Below, one piece after another: positions 1-7,732 of a DNA stretch of 34,014 bases. The translations under genes and the position numbers were made by a program. A model generated the notes under the pieces. That model worked only from the letters and a program-made list of their open reading frames with translations. It had not been told where the DNA came from and ran no database searches. Where the stretch lies: contig CAYUOK010000003.1 of the NCBI GenBank assembly GCA_964446395.1, positions 1 to 34,014 on the forward strand. Reading direction: 5' to 3'. The DNA comes from an uncultured Gemmatimonadaceae bacterium (GTDB lineage Bacteria > Gemmatimonadota > Gemmatimonadetes > Gemmatimonadales > GWC2-71-9). How positions within the stretch are numbered: the first letter of the stretch is position 1; each line of letters opens with the position of its first letter.

Positions 1-2
1 TC

Positions 3-1493
3 CCGATCACCACCTCCGTCCCGCTGGCGCAGCGCTATTTCGACCAGGGGATGCGCCTCACCTATGCCTTCAATCATCCTGAGGCGATCCGCTCCTTCGA
101 GGCGGCGCTCGCGCAAGACCCGGCGTGCGCGATGTGCTGGTGGGGAGTCGCCTTCGCGCTGGGCCCGAACATCAACGCGCCGATGGATTCCGCCTCGGGC
201 ATGGCGGCGTGGCGCGCGGCGCGGGAGGCCGCGCGGCTGGCGCCCAACGCGACGCCCCGCGAGCAGGCCTACATCCGCGCCATCCAGGCGCGCTACAGCG
301 ACCCGCCGGCCGTCTCGCGCGCCTCGCTCGACACTGCGTACGCCGAGGCGATGCTCGCCGTGGCGCAGGCGTATCCGGACGATCCCGACGCCGCCACGCT
401 GGCCGCCGACGCGCTCATGAACCTGAGCCCCTGGTTCTACTGGACGCCGAGCGGCGAGCCGCGCCCGGCCACGCCCGGCTTCCTGGCGATGCTCGAGGCG
501 GTGATCGCGCGGCTGCCCGAGCACCCGGGCGCCTGCCATCTCTACATCCACGCGGTGGAGGCGGCTGAACCCCAGAAGGCGGTGCCCTGTGCCGAGCGGC
601 TCGCGGGGCTGATGCCCGGCGCCGGGCACCTGGTGCACATGCCGGCGCACATCTACATCCGGGTGGGGCGGTTCGCCGACGCCGTCCAGGCCAACCAGCA
701 CGCGGTGCACGTGGACGAGACCTTCATCCAGGACCAGCGACCCACCGGCATCTATGCGATGGGGTATTACCCGCACAACTACCACTTCCTCGCCTTCGCG
801 GCCACGATGTCGGGCCAGCGGGCCATCGCCCTCGAGTCGGCGCAGCAACTCTCGGGCAAGGTGTCCTTCGACATCGCGCGCGACGTCCTGTTCATGCAGT
901 CCATGATCCCGTACTACACGCTTTCGCTCGTCACCTTCGCGCAGTGGACGGAGGTGCTCGCGCAGCCGATGCCGCCGGCCGACCTCCCGATGGCGCGGGG
1001 GCTGGCGCACTACGCGCGCGGCGTGGCGTACGCCGCCAAGGGACGGAATGCGGAGGCGGAGCTGGAGCTGGCTTTCGTGAAGGGGGACCAGGAGCGCCTG
1101 CCCGAAGGGGAGGGGCGCAGCGTCCTGGCCATCGCGTCGCTGGCGCTGCAGGGAGAGATCGCCCTGCGCCGGGGTGACGCGGCGGCGGCAGTGACGCACT
1201 TCCAGGCCGCCTCCGACATCGAGGACGGCCTCCTCTACAACGAGCCGCCCTTCTGGTACTACCCGATGCGCCTCTCGCTCGGGCAGGCGCTGCTCGCGGC
1301 GGGGCAGCCGGCCGAGGCTGAGCGGGTGTACGAGCGGAACCTGGCGCTGTATCCGGAGAACGTCTGGGGACTCGCCGGGCTCCGGAACAGCCTCCAGGCC
1401 CAGGGGAAGCCGGGCCAGGCCGCGCTGGTACAGGCGCGGCTCGACCGCGCCGGCGCGTCGGCCGACATCCCGATCACCGGTTCGCGCCTCTAG
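3..1493 (+). CDS. TPR-like helical-repeat protein of unknown function, 5' end cut by window edge
   Basis: Track ORF 51..1493 stays open in the same frame to the window edge (PITTSVPLAQRYFDQG precedes Met51), so it is probably 5' partial. Helical-repeat stretches (RNAEAELELAF, GDAAAAVTHFQAAS, GQPAEAERVYERNLALYPENVWGL) look TPR-like. No catalytic motif recognised. Confidence 0.7.
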   Translation, partial: PITTSVPLAQRYFDQGMRLTYAFNHPEAIRSFEAALAQDPACAMCWWGVAFALGPNINAPMDSASGMAAWRAAREAARLAPNATPREQAYIRAIQARYSDPPAVSRASLDTAYAEAMLAVAQAYPDDPDAATLAADALMNLSPWFYWTPSGEPRPATPGFLAMLEAVIARLPEHPGACHLYIHAVEAAEPQKAVPCAERLAGLMPGAGHLVHMPAHIYIRVGRFADAVQANQHAVHVDETFIQDQRPTGIYAMGYYPHNYHFLAFAATMSGQRAIALESAQQLSGKVSFDIARDVLFMQSMIPYYTLSLVTFAQWTEVLAQPMPPADLPMARGLAHYARGVAYAAKGRNAEAELELAFVKGDQERLPEGEGRSVLAIASLALQGEIALRRGDAAAAVTHFQAASDIEDGLLYNEPPFWYYPMRLSLGQALLAAGQPAEAERVYERNLALYPENVWGLAGLRNSLQAQGKPGQAALVQARLDRAGASADIPITGSRL

Positions 1494-1658
1494 CGCCGGG
1501 GAGGGCGGACGTGCGGGGTTTGACATTGCCGCCGAAGGGCGCAGATTCCTCCCATACCCCCTGTCCACGCATGCGGAGCCCAATCGCACCGGTCGTACGT
1601 CCCGGCACATCCTGATCGTGCCTGAACCGAAATCGGCGGGTCGAAGGAGAAGCGGCGG

Positions 1659-2066
1659 ATGCTTCCATTCGGTGTGAGTCCCGTGGGCGTGGTCATGGCC
1701 GCCGTGGTCACCTTCCTGATCGGGATGATCTGGTACTCGCCGATCCTCTTCGCCAAGCCGTGGATGGCGCTGAACGGCTACACCCCCGAGAAGCTCGTCG
1801 AGCTGCGGAAGGGGGCGCCGAAGGCCTACGGGATCTCGTTCCTGGCGTACCTGCTGCTGGGCGTGGGGATCGCGGCCGTCGTCCGGTTCGACTCGCCACT
1901 GGGCGGGATGTGGACGGGCATGCAGGTCTGGACCTTCCTGGTGATGCCGGTCAGCCTGACCGGGCTGGTCTTTTCCGACCGGCGGCTGGGGGCTTGGCTG
2001 ATCGATGCGGGGTATCAGCTGGTCTATTTCGCGGCCATGGGCGCCATCCTTTCGCGCTGGGGTTGA
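1659..2066 (+). CDS. DUF1761-like small integral membrane protein
   Basis: 135 aa with about four hydrophobic helices. The N-terminal FLIGMIWYSPILFAKPWMALNG resembles the DUF1761 signature as I remember it. GAAGGAG Shine-Dalgarno lies about 9 nt upstream of the ATG. Confidence 0.7.
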   Translation: MLPFGVSPVGVVMAAVVTFLIGMIWYSPILFAKPWMALNGYTPEKLVELRKGAPKAYGISFLAYLLLGVGIAAVVRFDSPLGGMWTGMQVWTFLVMPVSLTGLVFSDRRLGAWLIDAGYQLVYFAAMGAILSRWG

Positions 2067-2074
2067 ACTGGGAT

Positions 2075-2350
2075 ATGGACACCGAAATTCGCATGGCCCG
2101 CCTGCGCGTCGAGTTCGCCCAGCACTACCCGCCGATCACGCCGGGGCAGTGGATGCCCGCGGCGGAGGTCGGGGCGCGGATGCTCTTCTGGCACCTCGAA
2201 CTGGCCGGCACCGTGCCCCTCGGCGACCGGCTCCTGCCCGAGGAACACTTCGAGTTCCGCGGCGGCTGGACCCGCGGCCGTACCTCGCCGCTCCGCACAC
2301 GCGCCTACGACGCCAACTCCGTGGAGCCCCGCCGCGAGGCGACGGGCTGA
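2075..2350 (+). CDS. hypothetical protein (91 aa)
   Basis: Internal ATG of track ORF 1760..2350, 9 nt after the DUF1761 stop. Protein-like composition (MDTEIRMARLRVEFAQHYPPITPGQWMP...), unlike the Arg/Pro/Gly shadow frames. No family recognised. Confidence 0.45.
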   Translation: MDTEIRMARLRVEFAQHYPPITPGQWMPAAEVGARMLFWHLELAGTVPLGDRLLPEEHFEFRGGWTRGRTSPLRTRAYDANSVEPRREATG

Positions 2351-2432
2351 GCGCAGGACGCACCTCCGCGTGGCCGGCGTTATCATTCACGCACCCATCC
2401 AACGATTCCATCGCACACTCGAGGTCAGGACG

Positions 2433-2696
2433 ATGTCCGACAAGCCAGAACTCACCCCCGTCACCCTGCCGCGCCTGCTCGAGGAGCTGCACAACATCAG
2501 CGACATGCGGGCCAAGGGGGAGCTGAACAAGGACCAGTTCGAGGCGCGGTTCGCCCGCATGATCGGCGAGCTCCGTGACCGCCGGATCGACGCGACGCGC
2601 GCCGACATCCTGCAGGCCCTCGCCCCGCTGGCCACCGACGGCACCCTCCGTCCGGAAGAGCACTTCCGGCTGACGAAGAAGCTCGGGCTCGTGTGA
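2433..2696 (+). CDS. hypothetical small protein (87 aa), possible SHOCT-like helical motif
   Basis: ATG at 2433 (MSDKPELTPV...) inside track ORF 2370..2696. 'MRAKGELNKDQFEARFARMI' resembles the SHOCT short-domain pattern. The stop overlaps the next gene's GTG (GTGTGA). Confidence 0.5.
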   Translation: MSDKPELTPVTLPRLLEELHNISDMRAKGELNKDQFEARFARMIGELRDRRIDATRADILQALAPLATDGTLRPEEHFRLTKKLGLV

Positions 2697-3568
2697 TCCC
2701 GCGGCCGCTCGGTCCCGGCGCCCCTCGCGTGCCCCCGGTCGGTTTCGGGGGCATGCCCCTTTCTATCGCCGACCGGCCGTCGGAAGAGCAGGGCGTGCGC
2801 GTCGTCCACGCCGCCCTCGACGCCGGGGTCCGCCTCCTCGACACCGCCGACGTCTACTGCCTGTCGGACGAGGACCTCGGGCACAACGAGCGACTCATGG
2901 CCAAGGCGCTCCGCAGCTGGAACGGGCCGCGGAGCGAGGTGCTGGTGGCCACCAAGGGTGGGCTGACCCGGCCCGACGGACGCTGGGAGCGGAACGGCCG
3001 GCCCGAGCACCTGCGCCGCGCCTGCGACCGCTCCCTCAAGGCGCTCGGCGTGGACCGGATCGACCTCTACCAGTTCCACGCCCCCGACCCGCAGGTGCCG
3101 TTCGTCGAGAGCGTCGGGATGCTGGCCGAACTCCAGGGCGCGGGCAAGATCCGCTGGGTCGGGCTCTCGAACGTGTCGGTGGACCAGGTCAACGCCGCCC
3201 GCCGCCACCTGGAGGTGGTCACGGTGCAGAACCGGCTCAACCCCTGGTTCCGCGAGGCGCTCGAGGAGGGCGTGGTGGATCATTGCGAGCGGCTCGGCAT
3301 CGGCTTCCTGGCCTACAGCCCCGTCGGAGGTGGCCGGCTCAACAAGAAGCTTCCGGCGCATCCGGTGGTGAAGGACATCGCCGCGCGGCACGGCGCCTCC
3401 CCGCACGCGGTGGTGCTCGCCTGGGTGCTCGAGCAGGCGTCGAACGTGATCGTCATTCCCGGCGCGCGGACGGTGGAGCACGCGCTCGACAGCATGACCG
3501 CGGGGGAGCTGCGGCTCGAGGCCGAGGAGCTGCGCGACCTCGACGAGGCTGTGTTTGACAAGAGTTGA
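2693..3568 (+). CDS. aldo/keto reductase family oxidoreductase
   Basis: 291 aa with the conserved AKR blocks VGFGGMPLS, LDTADVY, LVATKGG, DRIDLYQFHAPDP, IRWVGLSNVS and VQNRLNP. Confidence 0.9.
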   Translation: MIPRPLGPGAPRVPPVGFGGMPLSIADRPSEEQGVRVVHAALDAGVRLLDTADVYCLSDEDLGHNERLMAKALRSWNGPRSEVLVATKGGLTRPDGRWERNGRPEHLRRACDRSLKALGVDRIDLYQFHAPDPQVPFVESVGMLAELQGAGKIRWVGLSNVSVDQVNAARRHLEVVTVQNRLNPWFREALEEGVVDHCERLGIGFLAYSPVGGGRLNKKLPAHPVVKDIAARHGASPHAVVLAWVLEQASNVIVIPGARTVEHALDSMTAGELRLEAEELRDLDEAVFDKS

Positions 3569-3692
3569 GAAAAGGGAAAAAGGACTTGGGACTTGGAGGG
3601 GTTGAAGGCGGAAGGAGACACGAGGGATCTTGCGTGATGTTCCCTGTCTCCTTCTTCCTTCCGCCCCTCCTAGTCCTTTAGTCCTCTTTCTC
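3567..3692. repeat. long imperfect inverted repeat: purine-rich arm (3567-3627), 13-nt loop, pyrimidine-rich arm (3641-3692)
   Basis: Reverse complement of 3641-3692 (gagaaagaggactaaaggactaggaggggcggaaggaagaaggagacaggga) aligns with 3567-3627 through the blocks GAGAAA, AAAGGAC, GGAGGGG, GAAGG, GAAGGAGACA and GGGA. It starts at the AKR stop codon and ends 8 nt before a TATATT box. Confidence 0.75.
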
Positions 3693-3699
3693 ATTCCTC

Positions 3700-3705
3700 T
3701 ATATT
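3700..3705 (+). promoter_or_regulatory. -10-like hexamer TATATT 6 nt upstream of the ispG ATG (candidate leaderless promoter)
   Basis: TATATT at 3700-3705 and ATG at 3712. No Shine-Dalgarno fits in the 6-nt gap (gcattc). Confidence 0.4.
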
Positions 3706-3711
3706 GCATTC

Positions 3712-4944
3712 ATGCCTCCCTCCCCCCGCCGCCAGACCGTCACTGCCCGCATCGGGCAGGTGAGCGTCGGCTCCTGTCACCCCATCGTCGTGCAGTCGAT
3801 GACCAACACCGACACCGCCGACGTGGTGGGTACGGTGCGCCAGGTCGCCGCGCTGGCCCGCGCGGGGAGCGAGCTGGTGCGCGTCACCGTCAACACCGAG
3901 GAGGCGGCGCGAGCGGTCCCCGAGATCGTGGAGGGGCTCGACCGGATCGGCGTGACGGTGCCGGTCATCGGCGACTTCCACTACAACGGGCACATCCTGC
4001 TCACGAAGTACCCCGCCTGCGCCGCGGCGCTCGCCAAGTACCGGATCAACCCAGGCAACGTCGGCGGCAAGCGGCGCGACGAGCACTTCCGCGCCATCAT
4101 CGAGGCGGCGCTCCGGCACGACAAGCCGGTCCGCATCGGGGTCAACTGGGGGTCGCTGGACCAGCAGCTCCTGACCGAACTGATGGACGCGAACCACCGC
4201 CTCGGTGCGCCGCGCGAGGCGCGCGAGGTGACGCTCGACGCCATGGTCGAGAGCGCCATCCGCTCCGCCGCCCTGGCCGAGGCCACCGGGATGGCGCACG
4301 ACCGGATCATCCTGTCCGCCAAGGTCTCGGCGGTGCAGGACCTGGTGGACGTGTATCGCCTGCTGGCGGCCCGCGGCGACTATCCCCTCCACCTCGGGCT
4401 CACCGAGGCGGGCCTCGGCACCAAGGGGATCGTCGCGAGCACGGCGGGGCTGGCCATCCTCCTGCAGGAGGGCATCGGCGACACCATTCGCGTCTCCCTC
4501 ACGCCGGCGCCCGGCGGCGACCGCACCGAGGAGGTGCAGGTGGCGCAGCAGATCCTGCAGTCGCTCGACCTGCGGAGCTTCACGCCGCAGGTCACGAGCT
4601 GCCCCGGCTGCGGCCGCACCACGAGCACCTTCTTTCAGTCCATGGCGCAGGACATCGAGCGGTACCTGCGGGAGCAGATGCCGGTCTGGCGGGAGGCGCG
4701 TCCCGGCGTCGAGTCCCTCCGCGTGGCCGTCATGGGGTGCGTCGTGAACGGGCCGGGCGAGTCGAAGCACGCCGACATCGGCATCTCCCTCCCCGGCACG
4801 GCGGAGGATCCGCGTGCGCCGGTGTACGTGGACGGGCAGCTGCGCGTCACCCTGAGCGGCGACCGGATCGTGCCCGAGTTCCTCGCGCTGCTCGAGGAGT
4901 ACGTGCAGGGGCGCTACGCCCCCGCCGAGCCGGTGGCGCGCTAG
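3712..4944 (+). CDS. ispG: 4-hydroxy-3-methylbut-2-en-1-yl diphosphate synthase (IspG/GcpE)
   Basis: 410 aa. [20 protein letters not shown] and VRVTVN blocks, plus C-terminal Fe-S cysteine motifs TSCPGCGRT and GCVVNGPGE. Confidence 0.95.
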   Translation: MPPSPRRQTVTARIGQVSVGSCHPIVVQSMTNTDTADVVGTVRQVAALARAGSELVRVTVNTEEAARAVPEIVEGLDRIGVTVPVIGDFHYNGHILLTKYPACAAALAKYRINPGNVGGKRRDEHFRAIIEAALRHDKPVRIGVNWGSLDQQLLTELMDANHRLGAPREAREVTLDAMVESAIRSAALAEATGMAHDRIILSAKVSAVQDLVDVYRLLAARGDYPLHLGLTEAGLGTKGIVASTAGLAILLQEGIGDTIRVSLTPAPGGDRTEEVQVAQQILQSLDLRSFTPQVTSCPGCGRTTSTFFQSMAQDIERYLREQMPVWREARPGVESLRVAVMGCVVNGPGESKHADIGISLPGTAEDPRAPVYVDGQLRVTLSGDRIVPEFLALLEEYVQGRYAPAEPVAR

Positions 4945-5448
4945 GTGGCGCACGGCGGGCGGATCGCGGGCCTGCTGCTCGTCGCGTCGCTCGCGGCCGC
5001 GGGGACGCTCGGCGCGCAGGGGCCCGGCGTCGGCGACGCGGCACCGGTGGTCTCGGTCCACGACCTCGACGGGCGGCCGGTGGATCTCGGGCAGTGGATC
5101 GGGAAGACGCCGGTGTTCCTGGAGTTCTGGGCCACCTGGTGCACCTCCTGCCAGGCGCTCGAGCCGGCGGTGCGCGCCGCGCGCGAGGCCTACGGCGCCG
5201 GCGTGGAGTTCATCGGCATCAACATCACGGTGGGGGACCCGCGGGATTCGGTGCGCGCCTGGGTCGCGCGCCACGATCCCCCCTACCGGGTGCTCTACGA
5301 CGACGAGGGCGAAAGCCAGCGCGCCTACGACGTGGCGGCCACCTCGTACGTCGTGATCATCGATCGCGCGGGACGAATCGTCTATACCGGCACCGGCGGG
5401 AGCCAGTCCTTCGGGACCGTCCTCGGCCGCGTCACCGCGAACCAATAA
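4945..5448 (+). CDS. exported TlpA-like thioredoxin-fold thiol:disulfide oxidoreductase
   Basis: 167 aa with a hydrophobic N-terminus (IAGLLLVASLAAAGTLGAQG) and the CxxC motif in FWATWCTSCQ. The GTG start directly abuts the ispG stop. Confidence 0.8.
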   Translation: MAHGGRIAGLLLVASLAAAGTLGAQGPGVGDAAPVVSVHDLDGRPVDLGQWIGKTPVFLEFWATWCTSCQALEPAVRAAREAYGAGVEFIGINITVGDPRDSVRAWVARHDPPYRVLYDDEGESQRAYDVAATSYVVIIDRAGRIVYTGTGGSQSFGTVLGRVTANQ

Positions 5449-5465
5449 TCCTACGAGGGTCACTC

Positions 5466-6053
5466 ATGAACGCACGCATCACGCTCGGCGCGCTGGCCAC
5501 GCTGGCCGCCGCCTCTCCCGCCCTCGCCCAGGATCCCGCTCCCTCCCCGATGGGGCCGCCCACCGCCGTCGTGGTGTCGGGCCCCGAGGTCGGCTTCGGG
5601 GCCCCGGACTTCACCGCCCCCTGGGCGGACAAGGCGGGCATCGGATCGGGCGAGGACCCCTTCTCGCTCAAGGCGCTCAAGGGGCAGGTGGTGGTGCTGG
5701 CCTTCTACCCGCGCGACTTCACTTCCGGCTGCACGGCGGAAATGCGGACCTTCGCCGACCGCTACGACACGATGTTCAGCGGCGCCGTGCTGGTCGGCAT
5801 CAGCGTCGACAGCCTTGAGACCCACGTCCGCTTCGCCGAGAGCCTCGGGCTCCCGTTCAAGCTCCTGTCGGACCCGAAGCAGCGGATTGCCGCCAAGTAC
5901 GGCGCCAAGGGGGATGGGTACAACCGGCGGGTGGTGTACGTGATCGGGAAGGACGGCAAGGTCGCCTGGCGGGAAATGCAGTTCAACGCGACCGATCCGA
6001 AGGGCTACGATCGCCTCCAGGCCGCAATCGCCTCGGCCCGAGGGGCCTCGTGA
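5466..6053 (+). CDS. exported peroxiredoxin (AhpC/TSA, Bcp-like)
   Basis: ATG 5466 is in frame within the fused track ORF 3630..6053. Signal peptide MNARITLGALATLAAASPALAQD, and the peroxidatic Cys motif FYPRDFTSGCTAE. Confidence 0.85.
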   Translation: MNARITLGALATLAAASPALAQDPAPSPMGPPTAVVVSGPEVGFGAPDFTAPWADKAGIGSGEDPFSLKALKGQVVVLAFYPRDFTSGCTAEMRTFADRYDTMFSGAVLVGISVDSLETHVRFAESLGLPFKLLSDPKQRIAAKYGAKGDGYNRRVVYVIGKDGKVAWREMQFNATDPKGYDRLQAAIASARGAS

Positions 6054-6865
6054 CCCTTCGACCCCTCCTGTGCTCCCTGGGCCTCCTAGGCGTCCTGGCG
6101 ACGTCCGCCCCCGCCCAGGCCCCGGGCTACGCCTGGGCCTTTACGGGCGTCGAGTTCTCCGCTTGTGTCGAGTTCCTGGTGGAGCCGGCGCTCGCAAGCA
6201 AACAACTCGACCCGGGGTACCAGGTCATCCCGGCCGCCGGCTTCGGCCCCCTGAGCCCAGTCCTGCGCAGGGAAATCGAGGGGGACACCGTTCATTCCGC
6301 CTGGGTGCCGTCCCGGGTGTGCGTCATCGAGGCGCCCCAGGTCACGACCGGCGACAACCTGCTGACCCCCGAGGGGAAGATGGGGGGCCAGGAGGTGGTG
6401 GGTTACTGGGCCATCGCCGCCCGGCGCACCGACGGGTCGCCGCGTTCCGACCAGTGGTTCCTCGCCCAGCTCTGGACGAACGACTGGCGGCTCAGGAAGC
6501 AGACCGAGGCGGAGTACATCCCGGTCGGCATGTTCAAGCGCTCACGTCTCCCGATCCCCGAGTCCAATCGTCACCGGTACGAGGTCAAGGTCGGCAAGAC
6601 GGTGCTCTCCTGGGATGGCCAGCTGGAGGGCCGCGACTCGACGGCCGCCTCCGATCCCGGCCAGTCCAGCCTGATCTTCCAGGGGAACCGGAGCATCAGG
6701 TGGACGGCCACCGTCTCGAGCCAGCCCGCCTGGACCCGCACACTTCCCGGGGTGTTCCGGGTGGAGGGGAAGGACGACCTGGCCGTGGCACTCCGGGCCT
6801 CCCCGATCCGGATGTTCGGCCCGATGTACTGGGGCGGGGCGGCCCGGGTGGACTTCACCAGGTAG
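6050..6865 (+). CDS. secreted hypothetical protein (271 aa)
   Basis: GTG start overlaps the peroxiredoxin stop (GTGA). Signal peptide LLGVLATSAPAQA. Balanced amino-acid composition; no family recognised. Confidence 0.6.
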   Translation: MTLRPLLCSLGLLGVLATSAPAQAPGYAWAFTGVEFSACVEFLVEPALASKQLDPGYQVIPAAGFGPLSPVLRREIEGDTVHSAWVPSRVCVIEAPQVTTGDNLLTPEGKMGGQEVVGYWAIAARRTDGSPRSDQWFLAQLWTNDWRLRKQTEAEYIPVGMFKRSRLPIPESNRHRYEVKVGKTVLSWDGQLEGRDSTAASDPGQSSLIFQGNRSIRWTATVSSQPAWTRTLPGVFRVEGKDDLAVALRASPIRMFGPMYWGGAARVDFTR

Positions 6866-6927
6866 CACCCCCTCTGGCGCCGGGCGGGGCGGGGGGTAGG
6901 TTAGCCCCCTCACCGTCCGGAGCTGCC

Positions 6928-7179
6928 ATGTCGACCCTGGTCCATGAACGGCTGGTGCTCGAACGCTACGGCGCCAGCACCTATGCCAAGATCTTCCTGC
7001 CGGCCGGGAGTCTGCCGCTCGGGAAGAGCGTCCCGGTCACGGTCCGGGTTGGCGACCGGCGGTTCAAGACGAGGGGCTGGAGCTTCGCCAGCGGGGCAGG
7101 GGTGACCCTCCCCGAGAAGGTGGTCCGGGAACTGGGGCTCCGGGCAGGCCAGATGGTGGACCTGGAACTACTGGACTGA
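6928..7179 (+). CDS. DUF1905-like small protein (83 aa)
   Basis: ATG 6928 is in frame within track ORF 6070..7179. 'VPVTVRVGDRRFKTRGWSFASGAGVTLPEKVVRELGLRAGQMVDLELLD' follows the DUF1905 pattern as I recall it (V.V.i.g..f.t......g..l.l...vr..lg...Gd.v.v.l). Confidence 0.5.
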   Translation: MSTLVHERLVLERYGASTYAKIFLPAGSLPLGKSVPVTVRVGDRRFKTRGWSFASGAGVTLPEKVVRELGLRAGQMVDLELLD

Positions 7180-7216
7180 ACGACCCTTCTCCACAGCGCG
7201 AATCTACCGATGGCGA

Positions 7217-7242
7217 CGGGGCACCCGAATTTGGGTGCCCCG
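7217..7242 (+). terminator. GC-rich hairpin downstream of the DUF1905-like gene (candidate intrinsic terminator)
   Basis: cggggcaccc (7217-7226) pairs perfectly with gggtgccccg (7233-7242) over 10 bp, with loop gaattt. A TTTT run follows 7 nt later (cagtgcTTTTat). Confidence 0.55.
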
Positions 7243-7419
7243 CAGTGCTTTTATGCAGGGAAATCGCATGTAAACGCCCCGGTAACGACACTGTCGCCAT
7301 CTGATTTTCCACATACGATCAAGATCTGTAAGTGATGTTAATAAGAAAGTTATGTCTTCCACTTAAAGTTGAAAGTTAAGTCGACCTCTAGTGCTTTGTC
7401 CTGCAAGGAGTAAAGTGGC

Positions 7420-7437
7420 GCTTTCCACGCTTTCCAC
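7420..7437. repeat. 2 x 9-nt tandem repeat GCTTTCCAC
   Basis: Direct reading: gctttccac gctttccac, inside the AT-rich spacer. Confidence 0.8.
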
Positions 7438-7666
7438 GCCGAATCTGGGGGAAACTTTGCCCATTCCACAGCCATGTTGATAGCCAGCATTCAGCCATCC
7501 AGAACCGTCACGAATGCCCTGTTGGGAAGTGGAAATGAAATATTCACATCCTCCCCAAATGAGGATACTGCTCCCCCGAGTCAGGCCTCGACCTTCCCTG
7601 CCTCGCAGCCTCAAGCTTGGCGCCGGTGACGGGTGTGGATAACTCGCGGTGGTCCCCCTTGCGCTC

Positions 7667-7690
7667 GCTTCCCCGCTTCCCCGCTTCCCT
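7667..7690. repeat. 3 x 8-nt tandem repeat GCTTCCCC/GCTTCCCT upstream of pyk
   Basis: Direct reading: gcttcccc gcttcccc gcttccct. It ends 10 nt before a TAGTAT -10-like box (7701-7706). Confidence 0.8.
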
Positions 7691-7732
7691 GCTGATCCAT
7701 TAGTATCCCCCACTCCCATCGTTGAGGCCTTC

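Noticed and set aside
2387-3709. Long antisense or off-frame ORFs throughout the track. Examples: 2387..3709(-), 3691..5463(-), 7700..9322(-), 9932..10729(-), 10962..12776(-), 14195..16345(-), 14623..16380(+), 20194..21960(-), 20412..22856(-), 24344..25246(-), 26286..27917(-), 28012..30156(+), 31207..32520(-), 31734..33548(+).
   Set aside because: Their translations are Arg/Pro/Gly/Ala/His-dominated low-complexity strings, and they lie opposite or out of frame to ORFs with clear family motifs. These are the classic stop-codon-poor shadow frames of ~70% GC DNA.
3630-6053. 807-aa plus-strand ORF spanning ispG, tlpA and the peroxiredoxin
   Set aside because: Only the last 195 codons (from ATG 5466, with a signal peptide and Prx motif) look like protein. 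The upstream part is an off-frame shadow of ispG/tlpA. The same logic applies to 9254..11341 (real pgi from 9962), 6070..7179 (real gene from 6928), 12900..14198 (real YihY from about 13263) and 22463..23155 (real gene from 22886).
7474-7629. 51-codon ORF in the AT-rich island
   Set aside because: I see no Shine-Dalgarno or family motif, and the codon usage is unlike all neighbouring genes. I do not call it a CDS. It is mentioned in the AT-rich-island finding as something Ribo-seq could test.
7180-7732. Possible tRNA, tmRNA, RNase P or 6S RNA in the large spacer
   Set aside because: No T-loop (GTTCRANYC) with a 5-bp stem. No tmRNA termini (GGGG...TCCACCA) or tag frame. No RNase P GAGGAAAGUCC box on either strand. 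6S RNA cannot be judged by eye.
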